A stretch of DNA of 63,948 nucleotides, filler included, from Octopus bimaculoides (Eukaryota), in the NCBI RefSeq assembly GCF_001194135.2. It is 6 parts of 6 records of this genome, joined end to end, with 100 filler letters (N's around TTAATTAATTAA, not from the genome) between each part and the next. Parts side by side here need not be neighbours in the genome. Positions count along the whole stretch, not along the records: positions 1 to 24,135 come from NC_069010.1; 5 more parts are not named here. One strand, written 5' to 3'. A program made the position numbers and the translations under genes. Positions 1 to 9,310 of the stretch are shown piece by piece. Positions within the stretch are counted from its first letter, which is position 1. Each line of letters starts with the position of its first letter. Under the pieces are notes generated by a model. The model did no database searches. It was not told where the DNA came from and saw only the letters and a program-made list of their open reading frames with translations.

Positions 1-390
1 CAGGAATGCCAGCTGATTGTTCTGTTCCTTTTCCATGGTGAACTGTATGGATGGATTTATTGAGTTCACATGATCTAACAGCATTTGGACATCTTGCTGG
101 TGGGGTCAGAGAATAAAGGTGTCATCAACGTATCGCAGCCATAGGGTTGGTTTTAGTGGTGTTGATCCTAAAGCCAAATTCTCGAAGTATTCCATGTATA
201 TATTGGCTATTATCGGTGATAATGGCGAACCCATAGCTAAACCATCTTCTTGTCGATATATATCAGTGTCCATACTGAAGTAGGTAGTTTCTGTACAGAA
301 AGTCAACATTTCCATCAAGTTTGTTATTGGTATACTAGTGCGTTCTTTTAGATGGGTGTCTAGGTTCCTAGTTCGATTCACGACAGCGAC
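1..390 (-). mobile_element. Penelope-like element reverse transcriptase remnant
   Basis: ORF 106..486(-) reads ...QEDGLAMGSPLSPIIANIYME...WLRYVDDTFIL, the PLE-type RT core with YVDD; it runs into an (AAT)n tract at about 397-441. Confidence 0.85.
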
Positions 391-393
391 CTG

Positions 394-442
<49 letters not shown>

Positions 443-486
443 GTAACATCGTTAGGAATGAGAACCCAGGTTCGAAATTTCCCCAA

Positions 487-532
487 GACACCTGACGAAG
501 GCTGGAGGGTATATCAGCCGAAACGTTGTGTT
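487..532 (+). ncRNA. Minimal type I hammerhead ribozyme motif (Penelope-type)
   Basis: Stem I GACAC(487-491)/GUGUU(528-532); core CUGACGA(492-498) plus one extra A; stem II GGCUG/CAGCC; GAAAC-GUU with the palindrome AACGUU replacing the stem III loop. Confidence 0.65.
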
Positions 533-1232
533 AACAACAAACAAGATGAGGACAAATATCCGTCAAATGTAAATAATGTAAATATTGTAAATAATGCCTC
601 ATCTCTTAAATATAGAACTGTATTAGTTAAGATTAGTTTTGCATATAATATTTCTGTTAGTTTATATTGTAATAAACGTAAAGTTAATGATGGCACGTTT
701 ATAATTTTTGATATTTCTAATAATATTTTTCTATCTTAATATAATAAATATTTTTATATACATTCATTTGTTATTTATTGTTGGCTGATATATACATTAT
801 TATTATTGTTGTTGTATTTTGACCTGAAGATTAGCTATATCTTTGAACAGAATCGATTTTCGATCGTTTTAATCGGTTTGAATATTTTTTATTTTCTATT
901 TGAAAATTTGGTTATGAAACACGTGTAGTCGTTTTATTATCATTATCTTATGATATTTACTTTGTATTATATTATACTTATTTATCGTGCATTTACTTAT
1001 TAATTTTTTTCTATATGTGACTGTGGATTATTATATTATACTTATTTATCGTGCATTTGCTTATTAATTTTTCTATATGTGACTGTGTATTTTCATGGAT
1101 TAGTTCATGAACTTTGGTACTTTTCTCTCAAACTATATATTTATATTTTATACTGTGAAATTTAACTAAATTTTAATTTTTAATAAATTGAATTTAATTG
1201 AGTTTTAACCTGTAAACTTGGATTTTTATCCC

Positions 1233-1307
<75 letters not shown>

Positions 1308-1864
1308 ATATATATATATATATATATTCATCAACGTACATACTAAGCTTGTGTACCTGCTAAAAATAACAATCAAACCTTTTTTAAACCGCAGAAGAAA
1401 ATAACACTGATTATAACTACAGAAATCGACCGTGTGCGAGACAACGGATCTAGAAAATTCTAGCTATATATTGTCTAGCTATATATTGTCTAGCTATATA
1501 TTGTGTAGTATTTAAACTCATGTGATAACACGTTCTGAGGAAGGTAAGGCTGTAATGCCAATCCAGAAACCGATCCACGTGAATCCAAATACTAGACAGT
1601 ATATTGAGCTGGATTTTATATAGCTATGTTGAATGCTTTTCTTGACCCGTTTGCTCGAAGACAATGGATTTCTGAAGTTATAATCAGTATTATTTTCTCC
1701 GCGGTTTAAATAAGAGATTTGACTGTTATTTTCAGTAAGGGCCTGCAGTTGCCTATATTAAAATTTATGTTATTATCAATGTAATTATATAACCCTAGAT
1801 AATAGTAGAGTTAATAATATCTTCGCAAATATTTTCTGCTGAATTATTTGTTCCGTATTCGAAT

Positions 1865-1915
<51 letters not shown>

Positions 1916-2177
1916 GTAAGTGGAGATACGGAAAAAGAGCACTCAACTCTATTGGAAGTTACATTGTTTCAAACATTGTTACAAATCCACTATATGTTTC
2001 ATAGACTTCGAAACGATGGAAATTAGAGTTGATGTCAACAGAATTTGAACAAGATTGTGAAGACGGACGAAATGCCGCTGAGTGTTTTGTCCGGCATGCT
2101 ATTGATTCTGTCAGCCCATCGTCTTTCCATCTAACAGTACTTTCTTATGATATTTAACATCTCTGTATATTCTTTCA

Positions 2178-3113
2178 TGTAAAGAATAAAAAGTTTAGAA
2201 TGGTACAACAATGCACTATAAAACAAGAAATGGACTATATACCTGTTGTAATTTAGTTATCTATAGTCCGATGATATTTCGGAATACAATTTCTTCTTCA
2301 GATATTCTTAGATTGAGTCTCTGCTATAAACTGCTTTGCAACGGCTTTTCTTTTTTTCGGAAGCCTCTCAGTAGTGGTCTCACGAAGCTCCTTCCGGAAT
2401 TCCTCATGAGAGTGCGTGAGGTCAGCTATGTTTCAATCTCGTGTGTGTTGGTACATCTGTAGAGCTACTTCTAAGTTATGTGTTATACGTGCAGCTTCTC
2501 TTTTTTTTTCTTTCCTGAGTTGTAATTCTGTGGAAGAAAAAATAAATAAAACTTCTGTACAGAGGTCAATGTAATCGACTCGTCCTTTGTTCAAAATTGC
2601 TGAACTTGTATCAATACTAGAAACCAAGATTTAAATTCGGTAAGGTGGCGAAAAAAAACATGAGAAAACAGGCTGAAGGTTGGTAATCAATATATTATTT
2701 AGCTACATCTGGATGTGTGTAGGTTCATTCTTAATAACATGCTCATGTATTGTTTATAACAAATAAAAAAGAGGAAAAGAAGGGGGTGAAAAACGAGAAG
2801 CTGCACGTATAACACGTAACTTAGAAGCAGCGCCACAGATGTACCAACACACACAAGACTGAAACATAGCCGACCTCACGCACTTCTCATGAGGAATTCT
2901 GGAAGGAGCTTCGTGAGACCTCTGCTGAGGCGCTTCCGAAAAAAAGAAAAGCCGTTGGAAAACAGTTTATAGCAAAGACTCCATCTAAGAATATCTGAAG
3001 GAATTGCATTCCGAAATATCATCGGACTATAGATAACTAAATTGCAACAGGTATATAGTCCATTTTTTTGTATTATAGTGCATTGTACCATTCAAAACTT
3101 TTTATTCTTTACA
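2178..3113. mobile_element. Fold-back/MITE-like element with ~320-bp inverted arms
   Basis: 2178-2500 is the approximate reverse complement of 2795-3113 (ends TGTAAAGAATAAAAAG...CTTTTTATTCTTTACA); ORFs 2211(+) and 2876(-) give near-identical peptides. TA dinucleotides at 2180 and 3110 could be a target duplication. Confidence 0.7.
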
Positions 3114-3175
3114 AACAATACACAATGCTTCAAGCGAATTACAATACTTTCCTATTCTTTCATGATCTTTTCCAG

Positions 3176-3319
3176 GTGAAAACTCTTTCCGAAGACATCT
3201 TACCGACGAACCTCTTCGGCTGATCGCCTCTATTACTTTCTTCACTGCGCTGATCGCAGTTGGTTACTTTCTATTTGGGAAGTTGAGAAGTAGAATGAAA
3301 ATTCTAACACGTGGAAACG
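3176..3319 (+). CDS. Cassette exon A, transmembrane-like, phase 1-1, 144 nt
   Basis: ctttcatgatcttttccAG|GTGAA...AACG|GTattttc; reads (G)ENSFRRHLTDEPLRLIASITFFTALIAVGYFLFGKLRSRMKILTRGN, no stop. Confidence 0.7.
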
Positions 3320-3970
3320 GTATTTTCATTTTATTCTTATATTTCAAAAATTTCTTTAAGACGTTTGATACCCCATTAGTACTTAATTTGTGTGTGTATA
3401 GTTTAAGTGTAAATCAGTTTCCTCTTTAGTCACAATGGCTAGCACGTTCAGAAAAGGAGCTAAGTCGACTGGAACCCGAAAGGCTGAAAGGCAAATTTGG
3501 CATCATCGGAATATAAACTCAGAACGTAAAGACGAACGAAATGCCGCTAAGCATTTTGTTCGGTGTGCTAACGATTGCTCTAGCTCGCCACCTTAACGAA
3601 TTTAAATCTTGGTTTCTAGTATTGATACAAGTTCAGCAATTTTGAACAAAGGACGAATCGATTACTTTGACTCCTGTACAGAAGTTTTTTTAATTTTTTT
3701 TTTTCCAGAGAATTTCAACTCAGATCCTAAAGACGAACGAAATCATTTTGTCCGGTATGCTAATGATGGCGTAATCTTAGCGTCTTTCGAAATCAAAATA
3801 TTGGTTTCAAGTTTTCACCCCAGATTAGCAAATTCGAACGGGGGTTGATTCGATTACATTCGTCTCTGTTCTCCAGCGTTATTCATTTTCTCAATCACAG
3901 ATCGCCTTCTCATATAATAATATTTTATTATGATTTTTAGCGTATCAAACTATTCTTTCATCTTTTTCAG

Positions 3971-4108
3971 GTAAAGATTCTACCCATAGAAATTTCACCA
4001 CCGAAATTCTTCTTCGGGGTCTGTATTTTGCTCTCATTATCGCCACGATCTTTCCTCTCGTCATTCCATGTCAGATGAGAATAGAGAAACATCTAAAATA
4101 CAAACAGG
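3971..4108 (+). CDS. Cassette exon B, transmembrane-like, phase 1-1, 138 nt
   Basis: tctttttcAG|GTAAAGATTCT...CAGG|GTattttg; reads (G)KDSTHRNFTTEILLRGLYFALIIATIFPLVIPCQMRIEKHLKYKQ, no stop. Confidence 0.7.
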
Positions 4109-4149
4109 GTATTTTGAATTTTATTCTTTTCTTTCATTGTTCTATTCTT

Positions 4150-4565
4150 TTAATGGTTTCAGTTTTCTGACTGCATCCATGCTGGAGTACTGTCTGAGGC
4201 ATTTAGTCGAATGAATCGACACCAGAACATTTTTTAATTTCAGCCTAATAGGTAACTTGTCAATCTCCTTTGCCAAAATATTACGGGTGCGTAAACGCCC
4301 TGACTCAGTTTGCCGAACAGTGATAGAGGGAAAAATACACACACACACACGCACGCACGCAAGCGCGCACACACACGCACGCAAGCACACACACACACAC
4401 ATATAGGAAGGGCTTCTTTCAGTTTACGTCTACCAAATCTATTCACAAGACTTTGGTCGGTCCAAGGCTATTGCAAAATACAGTTGCCTAATGTGCAACG
4501 TTGAACAGCTGAACCCGAAAGCTTGTGGCTGGTAAGCAAGCCTCTTACCACATAGCCACACCTGC
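4150..4565 (-). mobile_element. tRNA-derived SINE with internal (CA)n (abundant family here)
   Basis: Reverse complement of the ...GGCTxTGTGGTAAGxxGCTTGCTTACCA...GGTAGACGxAAACTGAAAGAAGCCC body; further copies at about 5270-5682(-), 20800-21222(-), 36770-36990(+), 37100-37510(+), 52225-52435(-) and 58555-58840(+). Confidence 0.75.
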
Positions 4566-5069
4566 ACCAATGCTTAATGCCTCACGGCTGCTTGTCTTGT
4601 GTATGTACAGTTAGTTGAAGTGGAAACTGGTTTCACATTTTGACACAACGTCTGCAACTTCAGGGAGAGTCTAAGTCAATTAAATCGATCGCTGGAGTTG
4701 CATCTCGTACTTATTTTATCGACCCAAAAAGATTAAAGGTAAAGTCGACCTCAGTGGAATTTCAACTCATAGCATAAAGCCGGACGAAATGTCATTAACA
4801 TTTTCTCCGGTGTACTAACGATTTTGCAGCATGTCACCTTCGAATTTTGATACAAATACTGCTTCTTGGAGGCCAAGATAAGTCGATCACACCGACCCCA
4901 TTACTCAAGTGTTAATTTTCCATTCAGAGAATTTGAACTAGGAACGAAAAGCCGGACGAAATGCCGTTAATAATTTTGTCCGACATTCTAAAGATTCTTC
5001 CAGCACATCAACTTCTCATGTGAAAATATTCCATTACGATATTTAATAATCTTTCATGATCTTTTTCAG

Positions 5070-5201
5070 ATGAAGATACTTTCATATCGATTTGCATTGT
5101 CGCCATTATCTTTGGGATTTTCTCAATCCCTCTCTTCTTTGCATGGCTCATAGCTTTTTACAAACTGTACAAAATGGGACAACAAATGGAGACTGTAACA
5201 G
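5070..5201 (+). CDS. Cassette exon C, transmembrane-like, phase 1-1, 132 nt
   Basis: ctttcatgatctttttcAG|ATGAAGAT...ACAG|GTaaaa; reads (D)EDTFISICIVAIIFGIFSIPLFFAWLIAFYKLYKMGQQMETVT, no stop. Confidence 0.7.
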
Positions 5202-6162
5202 GTAAAAAAAAAGGGATTTTGATCTTATTCTTTCTTTCATTCTCCTCTTCTTTTAATTATTTCAGTCATTTGATTGCAGCCTTGCTGGAGCACCGTCCTG
5301 TAGCGTTTCAGTCGAATGAATCGACCCCACTACTACCTTTTGAGCCTAGTACTTATTCTATTAGACTCTTTTGCCGAAATTCTAAGTTACGGGGACGTAA
5401 ACACACCGACACCAGTTGTCAAGAGGCGATGGGGCGACAAGTATAGACACACAGACATACACACATAAACACACACACATATATATTTACGTGTGTGTGT
5501 GTGTATGTGTGTGTAAGTAGATGAGGGGCTTCTTTCAGTTTTCGTCTTCCAAATCCACACACAAGTTTTAATCCGAGCGAGGCTATAGTAGAAGACACTT
5601 GCCGAAGGTGCCATGCCGAAGGACTGAACCCGAAAGCATGCGGCTTGGAAGCAAGCTTCGTACCACACAGCCACACCTGCACCTATGCTGGATACCCCAT
5701 TGTTACTTACTTTGCTAATATATAATTGGTTTAAGGAAAAATTTGTCTCATATTCTGCTCCGAGGTCAATTTTGGTGAAGAGGTTAAATCGATTTTATCG
5801 ATCTCAGTGCGCAGGTGGTACTTATTTTATTGACCCGAAACGATCAAAAATTAAGTCGATCTCGGTGAAATATCTATTTTACCAGCTTATCACCTTAATG
5901 AACCTAAACATTGGCTTCCCATTTTTGACCCAAGTCCAACTAAAATAGGCACCGGGATAAGTCCATAACACCAACCCTAGTTCTCAAGTATTATTTATTT
6001 TATGAACCCCAAAATGTGAACCCAGAAAGTAAAGCCGTATGAAAAACCACTAACCATTTTGTCCGGCATGCTAACAATCTTACAAGCTCATCGCCTACCC
6101 ATCTGGTAATACTCCTTTATGATATTTAGCATATTATATTAATCCATCATGTGCTTTTCCAG

Positions 6163-6303
6163 GTGAAGATTCTCTTCCATCGATTTGTACTATCTGGATT
6201 GTCATTGCGTTTTTATCTATTGCTCCTTCCATTGCATGGGCCACAGCTGCTTACTGTCTGCTCAAAATGACAATACAAATGATAACTCAAAAATGGAAAA
6301 ATG
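6163..6303 (+). CDS. Cassette exon D, transmembrane-like, 141 nt, homologous donor mutated (CT instead of GT)
   Basis: cttttccAG|GTGAAGATTCT; reads (G)EDSLPSICTIWIVIAFLSIAPSIAWATAAYCLLKMTIQMITQKWKN, followed by ctattttgatt where paralogues have gtattttgatt. Confidence 0.5.
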
Positions 6304-7062
6304 CTATTTTGATTTATTCTTTTAAAATTTATTTTATTTGATTGATGCCCCAATGCTAATTATTTTGGCTCTGTACAGTTGGTTAAAGTGGTGACTGGTT
6401 TTATATTTTGGCACAAGGCCAGCAATTTGAGGCAGAGGCTAAATCGAGTACATCGACCCCATTGTTCAGCTGGTACTTATTTTATCGATCCCGAAATGAT
6501 GACAAGCAAAGTCAACTTCGGAGGAATTTGAACTTAGAATGTAAAGATGGATGAAATGACACAAATCACTTTGTCCGGCATGCCAACGATTCCACAAGCT
6601 GGCTGACTTGTATAATAAATAATATTGGTTTCATATTTTGGCACAAGGCCAGTAATTTCGGGAAGGTCGTAAGTTGAATGCTTAAACTCTACTCCTAGCT
6701 GGTCCTTATTTTATCGAACCCTAAAAGTATGAGATGTAAAGTATGAGTTAAAATTGAACTCCGAATGTAAAGAAGGGCCAAACGCCGCTAAGCATTTTGT
6801 CCGGTGCGCTAACGTTTCCGCCAGCTCATCGCTTTACTAAAGATAAATAAAGACCAGCAATTTTGGGACCGGAATTAAGTCGTATATATCGACACGCAGT
6901 GCTCAACTGATATTTAATTTTATCCACTCCGGAATTTGAACTCAGAACGTAAAACCGGACGAAGTGCTGCCAACAATTTTGCTCAATGATCTCACGATTC
7001 TACCTGCTCCTTGCCTTCTCATGCGATAATGTTCCATTATGATATTTCATGATCTATTCCAG

Positions 7063-7179
7063 GTGAAGATTCTCAACAACGAAATCGTAATTCCGCCATT
7101 GTTCCTCTGTATGTACCTCTTCCTGAATTCATTGTAATGATAGTGGCTCTTATCTTTTCGTGCAGAAAATGTGAACAGG
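7063..7179 (+). CDS. Cassette exon E, hydrophobic, phase 1-1, 117 nt
   Basis: gatctattccAG|GTGAAGATTCT...CAGG|GTatttg; reads (G)EDSQQRNRNSAIVPLYVPLPEFIVMIVALIFSCRKCEQ, no stop. Confidence 0.65.
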
Positions 7180-7735
7180 GTATTTGAAATTTATTATTTT
7201 ATTTAAAACTAATTATTTTGTATGATTGATATCTCGTTGTTACTTACTTTGGTTACGTACCGTAGGATTTAGTGTAAATTCGTTTCTAGTTTGGTACAAA
7301 TCAAGCAAATTCAAGGGTGGGGTTCAGTCGATTTCCTCGACCCTAGCAGTCCGCAGCTGATACTTTATCCATCAGTCCTCGATTACTGGTAAAATCGATC
7401 TCAGTCGAATTTGAACACGGAATGTATTGACTGACGATAAGCATCTGTGCATTTTCTCCAGTGTGCTCACGATTCTGCCAAATCACCGCCTTAAAACAAA
7501 GATTGTTTTAAAATTTTGACACAAAGCCTGCAATATAAGAAGTGGGGTGAAGTCTATTACATCGACCCCAGTGTTCCAGTGTTATTTATTTTATCAACCT
7601 CCTATTATGAACTCAGAACGTGTATCCGGACAAAACGCTGCTTAGTGTTTTTTTCCGTGCTCAACGTCTTCTTGTGTAAAAATACTGCATTATGATATTT
7701 AGCGTTTTATAACAATCTTTCATCATTATTTCCAG

Positions 7736-7846
7736 GTGCAGGATGTCCCACATGTCTTCTCGCTAGTGTTGTCTCCATACTTCTTCTAAGCATAGCACTT
7801 TTCTATTGGTTGAAGAAGAGAACTCAAATTCGAAAATGGGAAAGAG
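7736..7846 (+). CDS. Cassette exon F, transmembrane-like, phase 1-1, 111 nt
   Basis: cattatttccAG|GTGCA...AGAG|GTattttg; reads (G)AGCPTCLLASVVSILLLSIALFYWLKKRTQIRKWER, a typical TM followed by a basic stop-transfer patch. Confidence 0.75.
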
Positions 7847-8739
7847 GTATTTTGATTTTATTCATTTATTAAAAGTTTTGTTTTAGGTGTCCCATTGCTT
7901 CTTACTTTGTCTATGTAGCGTTGGTTCAAGTGTAAATTGGTTCCATATTTTAACACAATGCTAGGAAGTCCGAGAGAGGGGCCANNNNNNNNNNNNNNNN
8001 NNNNNNNNNNNNNNNNNNNNNNNNNNNNNNNNNNNNNNNNNNNNNNNNNNNNNNNNNNNNNNNNNNNNNNNNNNNNNNNNNNNNNNNNNNNNNNNNNNNN
8101 NNNNNNNNNNNNNNNNNNNNNNNNNNNNNNNNNNNNNNNNNNNNNNNNNNNNNNNNNNNNNNNNNNNNNNNNNNNNNNNNNNNNNNNNNNNNNNNNNNNN
8201 NNNNNNNNNNNNNNNNNNNNNNNNNNNNNNNNNNNNNNNNNNNNNNNNNNNNNNNNNNNNNNNNNNNNNNNNNNNNNNNNNNNNNNNNNNNNNNNNNNNN
8301 NNNNNNNNNNNNNNNNNNNNNNNNNNNNNNNNNNNNNNNNNNNNNNNNNNNNNNNNNNNNNNNNNNNNNNNNNNNNNNNNNNNNNNNNNNNNNNNNNNNN
8401 NNNNNNNNNNNNNNNNNNNNNNNNNNNNNNNNNNNNNNNNNNNNNNNNNNNNNNNNNNNNNNNNNNNNNNNNNNNNNNNNNNNCTAGATGTTGTTTTTAA
8501 AAGTTTGACACAAGGCCAGCAATTTCGGGGTCGAGGGTTAGTCGATTACATCAACTCCAGTATTCGAGTATTATTTATTTTATAAGCCTCGGAATTTGAA
8601 TTCAGAAGGTAAAACCGGATGAAATGACGCTAAGCATTTTGGCCGGCATGCTTATGAATCTACTAGCACATCGTTTTATGTAATAATTCTCCATTATGAT
8701 ATTTAGCATATTATTGTACTCTTTCATGATTTTTTCCAG

Positions 8740-8874
8740 CTAAAAAATACCTCATAGATATTTGTGTTGTTACCATTCGCCTTCTGGAAGGAATTTTGAT
8801 GTTTATCGCTGTACCTTTCTTGTGGATTAGAAGTCGTTTGCAGACGATGAGTCAAAGACTAACCCGTAAAAAAG
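8740..8874 (+). CDS. Cassette exon G, transmembrane-like, phase 1-1, 135 nt
   Basis: ctttcatgattttttccAG|CTAAA...AAAG|GTattttg; reads (A)KKYLIDICVVTIRLLEGILMFIAVPFLWIRSRLQTMSQRLTRKK, no stop. Confidence 0.7.
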
Positions 8875-9310
8875 GTATTTTGATTTTATTCTTTTCTTTA
8901 AAAAAATGTTTTAGATGATTCATGCACCATTGCTTCTTACTTTGTGGAGTTTGTTTCAGTGTAAATTAAGTTCATATTTTGGCACGCGGCTAGCAAGTTC
9001 AGGCCATGGACCGGCATGTTAAGTATTCTACAAGATTGACATCTTGTAACAAACTTTATTTTAAATTATTTCTTAAGATCAGAAATTTCAAAGGAGGGGA
9101 TACGTCGATCATATAGACCCGGCTCCAATGCTCAGTTCGTAATTATTTTATCAGCCTGAAAATAATGAGAGGCAATGAGTACCACCGTGGAATTAGAACT
9201 CTGAACGTAAAGACGGGCGAAATACTGTGATGGATTCTGACTAGAATGCAACCGATTCCATCAGTTCACCACCTTAATAATAATACTGCTACTAATAATA
9301 ATAATAAATT

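Noticed and set aside
1509-1549. Strong donor GAAG|GTAAGG at 1543/1544 as the upstream constant exon of the array
   Set aside because: The frame needed for a phase 1 end has a stop at 1513-1515 and no ATG; it could only be non-coding or use an acceptor I cannot see.
1900-9300. CRISPR-like repeat/spacer reading of the modular array
   Set aside because: Eukaryotic context, kb-scale degenerate units, splice signals and no cas genes.
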